From the NCBI GenBank assembly GCA_025055755.1, contig JANWWF010000004.1, forward strand, positions 810-64,809: 64,000 nucleotides of DNA, in the 5' to 3' direction. The notes beneath the pieces were generated by a model. It was given only the letters and a program-made list of their open reading frames with translations, ran no database searches and was not told the DNA's origin. The stretch comes from Candidatus Kapaibacterium sp. GTDB taxonomy: Bacteria > Bacteroidota > Ignavibacteria > Kapaibacteriales > NICIL-2. Positions 27,917-36,991 of the stretch are shown here, piece by piece. Each line of letters begins with the position of its first letter. Position 1 is the stretch's first letter. A program made the position numbers and the translations under genes.

Positions 27917-29494
27917 CTATTCTACCACCAATTGCCCACGGAAGAATTGGTTTCCTGCTCGGACAGTACAGAACACAACACCCGGTAATTCCACCGGAGG
28001 TAGAAAACATTCTTGATGCCCAGCATCGAGGTAGCCAAGCGACATTCGACTGAACGACCGACCTGTTTCATCGTGGAGGGTTATCTCAACCTCAGCTGGT
28101 CCAGTCAATCGAAAGGTGATTTTTGCTCGCTGCCCACACGGGGTTGGATTTGGAAATATCTCCAGGTTAGTTCCACCGACGAGGGTCGTTTCAGTTGCAG
28201 AGGTTGTGCCAGTTTGGATAATTGGGATAGTCGGGAAATCACGGAGCATGACGGTTCGCAGCAGGTCACGATCAACACCAAACCACTGGGCGAGGATCGA
28301 AGTGTACACTTGCCGGAAATCATACTGCATGAGAAGATTTCCATTTGCATCCAGCTCAGTCAAACTCGGATTTGTCCCACGGATTCCCGGTATAACCTGC
28401 GTACCGAACACGAACATCGGAGCTGCAGTGCCATGATCAGTGCCATAGCTCGCGTTTGATGCAACCCGGCGACCGAATTCGGAAAAGGTCATCGCAATAA
28501 CCCTGTCCTGCAATCCGTGCTGCCGCAGATCATCGAAGAACGCGTACACTGCACTGGAAAGTCGTCCTAACAGGGTCGCGTGTATCCCTTGTGTTGTATT
28601 CCCCTCTTCAACTTGTGCTGCATGGGTGTCGAATCCATTGATTGAAACGAGATACACGCGGGTCTGAAGTCCTCCAGCGATAAGTCGTGCTACAATACGG
28701 AGTTGATCGGCAAGAGTATTATTGCTTGGATATGATGCGCGGTTCTGAGCACGGTCAGCTGCTGCCTTAATGCATGCAGAATACTGTTGAGATTGGAGTT
28801 CCACTTGGCGGAGATAGGCAAGTTCTCTGCCGGGACGCGTATCAGGGGTCTGGCCACCTGCGGTACCTTCCACACCATTGACGATATTGTAAAATGTTTC
28901 TGGGTCTTGCAACGCTAATCCCATCGAGGCATGAGATCCATGCAATGCCAACGCCATGATCGCTCCTATTTGAATTGCTGGAGGATCTGGTGTAGAGGCA
29001 TTTGGATACCCACTTGGATAATTCGGAAAGAGCGTGTTTAGGTAGCGTCCCATCCAACCCGTCTTTAGATATTCGTTATAGTCGGATGCAGTCATCCAAA
29101 TGTCCGTCGAGCGGAAGTGGGATAGATTCGTGTTCGGATATGCAACCCCTTGGATAATGGTAACCATCCCTTCGTTGTACATCCGCTGAATTTCCGTCAT
29201 AGCGGGATGGAGCGCGGCAGAGTTGGTGATAGGCAGCAAACTCGATTCGGGTAACGCAACGTGTTCCCGAACTCGGTAATACGCACTGAGCTGGTCCAGA
29301 GGAATAACCGTGTTTATTCCATCGTTGCCCCCGTTGAGTTGGATAAGAACCAAGACACGGTCAGTGGTACTAAGCACCCTCCACAATGTGTCAAGAACCC
29401 GTGTGCGACCAATTGCATGAATAGGCAACCCTCCAATGACCAGTGGGAGAGTAATGAGAGGAGTTGTCGTTTTGAGAAAATCTCGGCGTTTCAT
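27917..29494 (-). CDS. DUF1501 protein with a Tat signal and a T9SS-like C-terminal domain
   Basis: MKRRDFLK; LVLIQLNGGNDG, NLSHFRSTDIW, GFDTH, FSEFGRR..GTDHG, DFRQVY; C-terminal IFPNP..DETGR..PGVVF..LVVE. Confidence 0.92.
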   Translation of the reverse strand: MKRRDFLKTTTPLITLPLVIGGLPIHAIGRTRVLDTLWRVLSTTDRVLVLIQLNGGNDGINTVIPLDQLSAYYRVREHVALPESSLLPITNSAALHPAMTEIQRMYNEGMVTIIQGVAYPNTNLSHFRSTDIWMTASDYNEYLKTGWMGRYLNTLFPNYPSGYPNASTPDPPAIQIGAIMALALHGSHASMGLALQDPETFYNIVNGVEGTAGGQTPDTRPGRELAYLRQVELQSQQYSACIKAAADRAQNRASYPSNNTLADQLRIVARLIAGGLQTRVYLVSINGFDTHAAQVEEGNTTQGIHATLLGRLSSAVYAFFDDLRQHGLQDRVIAMTFSEFGRRVASNASYGTDHGTAAPMFVFGTQVIPGIRGTNPSLTELDANGNLLMQYDFRQVYTSILAQWFGVDRDLLRTVMLRDFPTIPIIQTGTTSATETTLVGGTNLEIFPNPTPCGQRAKITFRLTGPAEVEITLHDETGRSFSRMSLGYLDAGHQECFLPPVELPGVVFCTVRAGNQFFRGQLVVE

Positions 29495-29515
29495 GTGGGT
29501 ATCTCCGTGGTGATG

Positions 29516-31081
29516 TCACATCAATTGGTATTCCGCCATTCGGAAGATTGCCCGGATCAAACTCTGCAATCGTTGCTGGGCTGCACCCCGCGCAGTCGGA
29601 TTATTGGGATTTGCTTTGTAAGCAGACCATATTTGCCCCCACTCATAGACCTGTCCCCCTGCCATGAGCACATTTCGTGCAAGATGGTCACGTTGTTGGT
29701 CGCTCGGGGGATAGGCAGGAAGGAGCTCCTCGACAAGATCATCAACAAGCTGGCGGTAATCACCCGGATTAGAGCTGACTTTTTCAGCGAAGCCTAACAC
29801 GTCGAGGACGTAGCGTCGGGGTAACGCATTGCCCCCCATGACCACCGCATCAGTGAGGGCATAGCGGGCAGAGAGGGTGGCACTGTTGATCCAAAAGCGA
29901 TAATAATCCGGGGTTTGATAGTATGCCGGCCATCCCGCAACACTCGGTGGATCCATTGGGTCTTGTTGCTGGAGAATTGCTTGAGTCACAAGGGATGTTA
30001 GAATTCGTCGCTTCTCTTGCAGCCCCGTTGGCAAGGTAAAGCCCACCGCGGTAAACAACTGGACAATGAAATCAAGCGGGCTTTTGATCATTGCTCCAAT
30101 ATTTTGCTCGTCGAAAAAACGCTGACTCTTAAGGAGAACACGGAGAACAGGTTTCACCTCGTAATTCGATTGACGGAGAAGCTGCGCTAAGGGTTCGATT
30201 ACCTCTTGCTCTGTCTGTTGATCAATGTCGTAGAAGACAAACCACCGGTATAGTTTCCGCACATAAAACCGTGCAGTCTCTGGCTGAGCGAAAATCATGT
30301 CGAGTAATTCATTAATCTCTTCAAGACCACCTTCAGGGGTACTCCTCCCATGAATGACACGGTTCCCAAATGCAGAGGAGAACTGTTTGTCACCGCGGTC
30401 GTGCAACGCAACATTATACACGCTTATACTTGGATCCCCTCGTCGTTGGATACGCCAGCCGGTGAGAACACGAGCAGCTTCCTGGACATCACGTTCCGTG
30501 TAATTGGTATAATCACCATCAGCTCGCTCTGGACCCTTGCCTATAGTGAAAAGCTCAAATAACTCGCGAGCGTAATTCTCATTTGGTTTCTGCGCAGTGT
30601 TTTGATCGCCGTTCAGGTACCGAAGCATCCCTGGGTCAATTGTAATTTGTCGTGTCAACTCTTGGATATTGCCCAGGGCATACCGACGAAGCTTAGCATT
30701 GTGATGATATGCAAAGCGAGCATCCGCGATTACCATAAGCTCCGTCGCGAAGAAATTATGCCAAAAAAGTGTCATCTTCTCAACGATTGAAAGCCTATCT
30801 GTGCGGAGCATCTGCTCGAGCCACCACCCCTTGAGTATCGTAAAGTACTGCCCATCGTTTTGTAAGGGTGTTTGACTGTTGACAAAGTCTTCTCCCGTAG
30901 TCGGATCTTTCGGCGGATCTGGCATGGGTTGATTAGCAAGGAGATGATCTACAGCAGCGTCCAATCCCATCTCCAGCAGCTGCCGTGCAAACCTGCGGGA
31001 GTTAAGAAACGTCGCCCGCCGAAGGAGATGACCGGCGCGGCGCTCATCCCAAGGACCGATATAACGATCAAGAGCACCCAT
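29516..31081 (-). CDS. DUF1800 family protein
   Basis: HLLRRATF, EKMTLFWHN, PGMLRYLNG, PNENYARELFELFTIG, IKSP, PPSVAGWP, EYQL. Confidence 0.94.
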   Translation of the reverse strand: MGALDRYIGPWDERRAGHLLRRATFLNSRRFARQLLEMGLDAAVDHLLANQPMPDPPKDPTTGEDFVNSQTPLQNDGQYFTILKGWWLEQMLRTDRLSIVEKMTLFWHNFFATELMVIADARFAYHHNAKLRRYALGNIQELTRQITIDPGMLRYLNGDQNTAQKPNENYARELFELFTIGKGPERADGDYTNYTERDVQEAARVLTGWRIQRRGDPSISVYNVALHDRGDKQFSSAFGNRVIHGRSTPEGGLEEINELLDMIFAQPETARFYVRKLYRWFVFYDIDQQTEQEVIEPLAQLLRQSNYEVKPVLRVLLKSQRFFDEQNIGAMIKSPLDFIVQLFTAVGFTLPTGLQEKRRILTSLVTQAILQQQDPMDPPSVAGWPAYYQTPDYYRFWINSATLSARYALTDAVVMGGNALPRRYVLDVLGFAEKVSSNPGDYRQLVDDLVEELLPAYPPSDQQRDHLARNVLMAGGQVYEWGQIWSAYKANPNNPTARGAAQQRLQSLIRAIFRMAEYQLM

Positions 31082-31123
31082 AAGCACTCTCCTGAAAGTA
31101 GTTAGGCCTCAATGCATCGAATA

Positions 31124-31198
31124 ACTATCAAATGACTATCAAATATCGTACCGTCGCAACAACCAGAGTTTACACTTGCAGTGACACTCAAAGTGTAA
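31124..31198. promoter_or_regulatory. Putative operator region upstream of DUF1800: tandem ACTATCAAAT x2 (11-bp period) and inverted repeat TTACACTT-N13-AAGTGTAA
   Basis: Repeats read directly at 31124-31133 and 31135-31144, and at 31170-31177 and 31191-31198. Confidence 0.4.
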
Positions 31199-31243
31199 GA
31201 AGGTTACAAGAGCACAAAAAATTCGTCCCTTAAGCGGAGGTCC

Positions 31244-32023
31244 TCAGACCACATACCCAAACAGTGCATCGAGCACCAAGATCGAGGCAGCAGAAATAGT
31301 AAATGCCCGCACAGTGCTATTGCCCACTCCTTCTGCTCCGCCAGTGGTTTGCATGCCCACATAGCAACCAATCAATGCAGTCGTTCCCCCAAACACCATG
31401 GATTTGACCAGCCCGATTGTCACTTCACTGGTGCGGAAAAATCGCACGATTGAGTCGAAAAACATCGGCGCAGAAAATCCAAACTTCAACGCGGTTAAGA
31501 CAAATGCGCCTACCAACGCAACAACATTCGAGAACACTGCCAGTACAGGCATCATTGTGAGCGCTGCCACCACGCGGGGCATACCCAAATACCGATCGCG
31601 ATCAATTGCCATCATCTCGAGAGCATCGAGCTGCTCGGAGACTGCCATTGTTCCGATCTGCGCTGCAATTGCTCCCCCTACCCGTCCCGCAATCACCAGC
31701 GCGGTCAGTACTGGTGTTAGTTCCGTGAACACTACTGTCGCAATTGATCCTCCGATGTAGGGACGCGCAATGGCAATAAGGTTGAACTTGGCAAAAAGGT
31801 TAGTTGCCTGCAACGCTGCAATCGCACCGGTGAACGAGCCAATCAACACAACCAGCGGTAAGGAATCTGCCCCCACGATCGCCATCTGCTGGAGAACAAG
31901 ATGTCGATCGCGGAATGCTCGCGGTATGTAGCGGGCAATTCGCACCAGAAGCTCAAGGATGCTGCCAAGTTGCTCCAAAAAACTCAGCACGCCACGCCCA
32001 ATCCATGCCAACAGACGCCTCAT
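31244..32023 (-). CDS. mlaE: MlaE-family ABC transporter permease
   Basis: ELTPVLTALVIAGRVGGAIAAQIGTM..SEQLDALEMM, GGAEGVGNST. Confidence 0.93.
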   Translation of the reverse strand: MRRLLAWIGRGVLSFLEQLGSILELLVRIARYIPRAFRDRHLVLQQMAIVGADSLPLVVLIGSFTGAIAALQATNLFAKFNLIAIARPYIGGSIATVVFTELTPVLTALVIAGRVGGAIAAQIGTMAVSEQLDALEMMAIDRDRYLGMPRVVAALTMMPVLAVFSNVVALVGAFVLTALKFGFSAPMFFDSIVRFFRTSEVTIGLVKSMVFGGTTALIGCYVGMQTTGGAEGVGNSTVRAFTISAASILVLDALFGYVV

Positions 32024-32040
32024 GCCCGAAACCGCAGTGG

Positions 32041-33315
32041 TTAGAACTGCACAAAGCTACGCACCAGCCCAGCCGCCAGAACGACAGCCGAGGCACCAAG
32101 AGAAAGTATCGCAATGCGACGGACAGTCCGCTCCCCACGAAGCACAGCAATGCTAAGCTTCACCAGCGTATTGGCGAGCATGGCAGCAATGACAGTAGCT
32201 GCTGCATCCTCAACGGCAATGGTATTCGCAGCTGCCTCTTTGCCCATCGCGATTGTGATTGCATCGAGGTCAGCAAGACCACTTGCTGCTCCCAGGCTGA
32301 TCAGAGCACCGCTCCCAAGCATATCATGGAGAACTGCCCCCAGCGTTGCAACGGCGGCATAGAAAGCCCCAAAGAGCATAGCAGATTTCAACCGTGCAGG
32401 ATTCCCTGGTGTTGGCGACGACACCGGAGAGTGCGTATCTCCCTCTGCACCCCATTTACCCTGTGTCACCAGCCAGAGTATGGCAAGTCCTACTGCGGCG
32501 GTTGCCAGCAAGACCGGGAGGAGTTCTGCAATGAATCGCCGCGATAACACCGCTGCAAAAAAACCCACCCGAGCGAACATGACTCCTGATGCCAGGGCTA
32601 TGCCAATTCCACAGAGTGTCGCTTGCCGCGGGTTATCCCGGCTTTGGGATGCCAACGACCAAGTCACCGCTGTCGAAGACACCAAACTTCCAATGATCGC
32701 ACTAAGCAATAAACTTTGGCGAGCACTTAGATATTTTGTGGCAACATACCCTGCAACATTGACTGCTGTCACCAGCGCAACCACACTCCACAGTTGCCGT
32801 GGATTGAGAACCCCTCGCGGTCCCAGTGGGACATCCGGCAGCAAGGGAAGAACCACCGCAGCAACGACTGCAAACGTGATAATAGCTCGAATGTCCTCTG
32901 GAGTGAGTGATTCAACCCATCGGTGTAGTTGTACCTTCTGGGACAGGAGCACTGCCCCGATGACTGCTCCAAGCAATGCTGGTACCATGGCACCACTGCC
33001 AAGCGCTACTCCGACAACACCTGTCAGCATAAGAGCAAGCTCGGTTGTGATCCCCCGCGTCTGCCCCCGCGCACCCACTGCGACAGCAATTGCAGCAATC
33101 CCCACTATCCCTGCTGCTGCAACGATACCACCCCACCGACCACTGAGGAACCCCACCAAGTATCCGATGACACTGCTCAACGGGAATGTCCGAATACCCC
33201 CAATGGCTGTATGGTGGACGCGCTTGGATACTTCACGCTCTGCCCCCATAAGTAACCCAAGCGCAAGCGCAATAGCAAAGTTGACCAAATGTGTTGTGTC
33301 AAAAGCAAGGTCCAT
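32041..33315 (-). CDS. MgtC/SapB + DUF4010 membrane protein
   Basis: LGLLMGAERE, GGIRTF, RGITTE, LPLLPD, GSLVSSTAVT, SGLADLDAIT. Confidence 0.9.
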   Translation of the reverse strand: MDLAFDTTHLVNFAIALALGLLMGAEREVSKRVHHTAIGGIRTFPLSSVIGYLVGFLSGRWGGIVAAAGIVGIAAIAVAVGARGQTRGITTELALMLTGVVGVALGSGAMVPALLGAVIGAVLLSQKVQLHRWVESLTPEDIRAIITFAVVAAVVLPLLPDVPLGPRGVLNPRQLWSVVALVTAVNVAGYVATKYLSARQSLLLSAIIGSLVSSTAVTWSLASQSRDNPRQATLCGIGIALASGVMFARVGFFAAVLSRRFIAELLPVLLATAAVGLAILWLVTQGKWGAEGDTHSPVSSPTPGNPARLKSAMLFGAFYAAVATLGAVLHDMLGSGALISLGAASGLADLDAITIAMGKEAAANTIAVEDAAATVIAAMLANTLVKLSIAVLRGERTVRRIAILSLGASAVVLAAGLVRSFVQF

Positions 33316-33424
33316 CGTCGTGCCAAGAGAATAACCAACATTTCTTAGCGCATCTACCGTGCGCTGCATACAAATTTCGTTCTCCTTTGCAGCGCTCCAG
33401 AAAAAACTAACCAGCCTTGCCGGT

Positions 33425-33440
33425 TGGCACATAGCTTGCA
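33425..33440 (+). promoter_or_regulatory. sigma54 (RpoN) -24/-12 promoter of flhA
   Basis: Perfect consensus TGGCAC-ATAGC-TTGCA, 27 bp upstream of ATG 33468. Confidence 0.85.
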
Positions 33441-33467
33441 GTGAATACTGCACGTGTTCCACCTATC

Positions 33468-35624
33468 ATGCCACGGATGGCCCAACTTCCTGCTGCTGGA
33501 ACATCTTCCCCAGCGTTGCCGCCAAACTTAGAAGCCGTGCTGAGCAATTTCGACCGCTACCGAGATCTTCTGCTGGTTGCGGGAATTCTCGGAGTGCTGG
33601 GATTGCTTATCGTGCCACTGCCACCGTTTCTCCTTGACCTTCTGCTGGGGCTGAACATCGCGCTGTCGGTTCTTATTCTGATGGTGGTGGTGTACATCAG
33701 CTCCCCGCTCGATATCAGTACTTTCCCAACCATCCTATTGGTGGCAACCCTTTTTCGCCTCGGTATGAATATCGCCTCGACCCGCCTCATACTGAGTGAA
33801 GCCTCCGCAGGCAAGATTATTCATGCCTTTGGCACCTTTGTCGTCAGCGGCAATTTTGTCGTCGGTATTGTGGTGTTCCTGATTTTGTTGGTGATCAACT
33901 TTGTCGTCATCATCAAGGGATCGACCCGCATTGCAGAAGTTGCCGCACGCTTTACGCTCGATGCCCTCCCCGGAAAACAGATGAGCATTGACGCTGATCT
34001 CAACGCAGGCTTTATTGACGAAAAGGAAGCTCGTCGCCGCCGCGAACAACTCCAACGCGAAGCGGAGTTCTACGGCGCTATGGACGGCGCATCGAAATTC
34101 GTCAAGGGCGATGCTATTGCAGGCTTGGTGATTACGGGGATCAACATCCTTGGCGGCTTTGCTATAGGCGTGCTCCAGCGGGGCATGGACATTAGCGCCG
34201 CACTGAAGACTTACACCATCTTGACCATTGGCGATGGTTTGGTTTCCCAGGTACCGGCATTGCTTGTCTCGGTTGCAGCAGGGCTTATCATTTCACGGAC
34301 AAGCTCGGCAACCTCTCTCGATAAGGACCTGAGCACACAGTTGACCGGCAAGCCACGTCCCTTGCTCGTTGTTGCTGCTGTATCGTTCGGGATGGGATTA
34401 TTGCCCGGCTTCCCGTTCTTTCCTTTTGCGCTGCTGGCACTTTCGATCGGAGCAATTGCCCTCCTCCGGCGCAGGCAAATCGGAGTAGCAGAGCGGGAAA
34501 AACTCCGGCAAGAACTTGCTCAGGCAGAAACAACACGGAAACAGCCCGAGCAGCCTATCGAAGAGCTCGTCAAAGTAGATCCGGTCGAGGTGGAAATTGG
34601 GCTGAATCTGCTTCCCCTTGCCGATGAGCAGCACGGAGGCGATCTTTTCCGGCGAATAGCAAACATCCGCCGCCAATTAGCAACTGAGCTGGGCGTGATT
34701 CTTCCTCCTGTCCGTGTTCGGGATAATCTTGCGCTCGAGCCAGACGAATACGTCATCAAGCTCCGTGGCAATATCGTTGCCCGAAACCGACTCTACGTTG
34801 GCATGCTGCTGGCAATGAATCCCGGCAATGCTGAGGGCACGCTGCGTGGTATTGATGTACAGGAGCCTGTCTTCGGACTACCCGCAACGTGGATTCCTCT
34901 TCATGAACGCGAGAACGCAGAACTGTCCGGCTACACCGTCGTCGAACCCGCAACGGTGCTGGCAACCCATCTTTCCGAAATTCTCCGCCGCAATGCAGAT
35001 AAGCTCCTCACGCGTCAGGATGTACGGCAACTGGTCGAAGCGCTCAAGAAAGACTATCCCGCTCTTGTCGAGGAAATCACACCCGATAATCTCCCACTGG
35101 GCACTGTGCAGAAAGTCTTGCAGAATCTCCTCCGCGAACAAATCCCCATTCGCGATCTCCCGACAATTCTCGAAGCACTGCTCGACTACTTCAAGGTCAC
35201 GAAAAACACCGACGTCCTGACTGAATACGTGCGCCATCATTTGGGCGACACTATCAAACGGCTATTCCAAGACCCCAATGGTGTCATCCATGCAGCCAGT
35301 CTCGATCCGAGCATCGAAAATCTCCTTACCACAACACTGCAGAATAATCCCTCTGCTCAGTCCAGCCCAACGCTGGGACTTTCACCCGAAGTCGTCCGCT
35401 CGCTTCTGCGCAATGTTGGAACTGCACTGGACCACCTAACGATGCTCGGCTACCAGCCGGTAATTATCTGTTCGGCACCAGTGCGTCCCTATCTGTATCG
35501 CCTGATACGCTCCCAATACCCCATTGCAAATGTCATCAGCTACAGTGAACTCCCACCAGAAACAAGCGTGAATGTAGTAACCCGAATTGCACTGCATGAA
35601 AGCACAGAATCGGTTGCGGCATAA
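33468..35624 (+). CDS. flhA: Flagellar export apparatus protein FlhA
   Basis: FRLGMNIASTRLIL, RIAEVAARFTLDALPGKQMSIDADL, FYGAMDGASKFVKGDAIAG, TIGDGLVSQVP, EPVFGLPATWI, GYTVVEPATVLATHL; start at 33468 or 33477. Confidence 0.96.
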   Translation: MPRMAQLPAAGTSSPALPPNLEAVLSNFDRYRDLLLVAGILGVLGLLIVPLPPFLLDLLLGLNIALSVLILMVVVYISSPLDISTFPTILLVATLFRLGMNIASTRLILSEASAGKIIHAFGTFVVSGNFVVGIVVFLILLVINFVVIIKGSTRIAEVAARFTLDALPGKQMSIDADLNAGFIDEKEARRRREQLQREAEFYGAMDGASKFVKGDAIAGLVITGINILGGFAIGVLQRGMDISAALKTYTILTIGDGLVSQVPALLVSVAAGLIISRTSSATSLDKDLSTQLTGKPRPLLVVAAVSFGMGLLPGFPFFPFALLALSIGAIALLRRRQIGVAEREKLRQELAQAETTRKQPEQPIEELVKVDPVEVEIGLNLLPLADEQHGGDLFRRIANIRRQLATELGVILPPVRVRDNLALEPDEYVIKLRGNIVARNRLYVGMLLAMNPGNAEGTLRGIDVQEPVFGLPATWIPLHERENAELSGYTVVEPATVLATHLSEILRRNADKLLTRQDVRQLVEALKKDYPALVEEITPDNLPLGTVQKVLQNLLREQIPIRDLPTILEALLDYFKVTKNTDVLTEYVRHHLGDTIKRLFQDPNGVIHAASLDPSIENLLTTTLQNNPSAQSSPTLGLSPEVVRSLLRNVGTALDHLTMLGYQPVIICSAPVRPYLYRLIRSQYPIANVISYSELPPETSVNVVTRIALHESTESVAA

Positions 35625-35696
35625 TCTCCGCTGGGAGCATGCTGCTTTGTTCATCTATTGCTCCAGGAGGCAAAAAGGCGGTTCAGCACCTTGGCT

Positions 35697-36178
35697 TTAC
35701 AGCTCCAAACTGCGTGCAAATGCCCATTGAATGGTCTTCCGATCGCGGGCAACATCGGTACAGAGGAAGCGAGGATTCGGATAGATTCCCACTCGTCCTA
35801 AGTCAAGGCGGTCTGCATCCCAGCAGGTTTGAACAGTCACATCTGCCTCGGTTAGTCCATGGGCATGCCACGTACAGGCATAGACAAGCAGCTCTGTTTC
35901 CTCCGGCGAAAGGGTGAAGTAAGTCCCCACCAACTTGCGAACAAGCTCGCCTGCCCGTTTGCCATGGTCTGGGTCGTCTCCTTCGTTCCACCGACATGCA
36001 TCATGCAGATAGGCAAAAAGCTCCACTATGCGGAGATTCGCTCCCGTGCGCTCTGCGAGAAAAAGGCCATTTTCATGCACTCTTTGCCAGTAGGAAAGCC
36101 ATGGATACCATCCCACGAGAGCCGGTACACCGATCGAATGTAATCAAGCAGCGCAGGGGTAACAACGGTGAGCTCCAT
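35697..36178 (-). pseudogene. HD-domain phosphohydrolase split by a 1-nt deletion near 36091
   Basis: One frame reads MELTVVTPALL...DGIHGFP after a purine-rich RBS; another reads WQRVHENG..YLHD..HG..CWDADRLDLGRVG. Adding one C restores HGFPHWQRV. Confidence 0.8.
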
Positions 36179-36493
36179 CTTTCCTTTCTCCAGTGATACT
36201 TGGCACAAAGCGACGTTCAACTCCCCCGCATATTTGGGCAAGCGAACCTTCTCACGATTTGTCGCTTTGGTCCGCAGGCTTTAGGGCGATCCGGTACCAT
36301 GCACTCCCATCATACCTGCAATGGCTGACTGCACTTACTTGAGCACCGCTTGCTCCCTCGCATTCCGTCTTGCTGTTGCATCTCCTCAAACAAGCGTTGA
36401 TCCTTGTGCGCGCTATAGGGGGAACAGAGTTTTTCGCTCGACGACCTTGAAATGCAGAAAGCACAGCAACTTCTTCCCTGCACTGCACCACGG

Positions 36494-36991
36494 TTAGCGA
36501 AGGTCCTTTGGCGTGCGGTGGAACATGAGCCTGCAGCAGCCCTTGCGCACTTGATTCCATGCGGTTTGCTCTGTCTGGAGCACCGCGATTGCGCACGTAG
36601 GCATTGATACGTGCTCCTCGCCAGTAAGGTATTCGAGCAAGTCGCTTATTGAGGGATTATGGCCCACCAGCGCAACTGTTGTGAGCTCAGGATCAAGTCC
36701 CCAAATCGTTGCCAGCAGTGTGTCCAACGAGGGGAGGTAGAGCGCATCGTCGTATTCAACCGAAGGCATGCCGTCTTGCCATGCCTTGAGAAGGTAGTCT
36801 GCTGTTTGGCGAGTGCGAACGGAAGAGCTTGCAACAACTCGTTCAAGCTGAGGCACCATTGCGTGCAGCCACATTCCCATGCGTTCAGCATCCCGGCGAC
36901 CGCGCTCGGTCAGCGGTCGCTCTTGGTCCGCACCCGCAAATTCCTCCGCAGGCACAGCCTTGGCGTGGCGTATCAAGATGAGCTGTTTCAT
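36494..36991 (-). CDS. sixA: Phosphohistidine phosphatase SixA
   Basis: LILIRHAKA, RPLTERG, SSSVRTRQTA, VGHNP. Confidence 0.92.
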   Translation of the reverse strand: MKQLILIRHAKAVPAEEFAGADQERPLTERGRRDAERMGMWLHAMVPQLERVVASSSVRTRQTADYLLKAWQDGMPSVEYDDALYLPSLDTLLATIWGLDPELTTVALVGHNPSISDLLEYLTGEEHVSMPTCAIAVLQTEQTAWNQVRKGCCRLMFHRTPKDLR

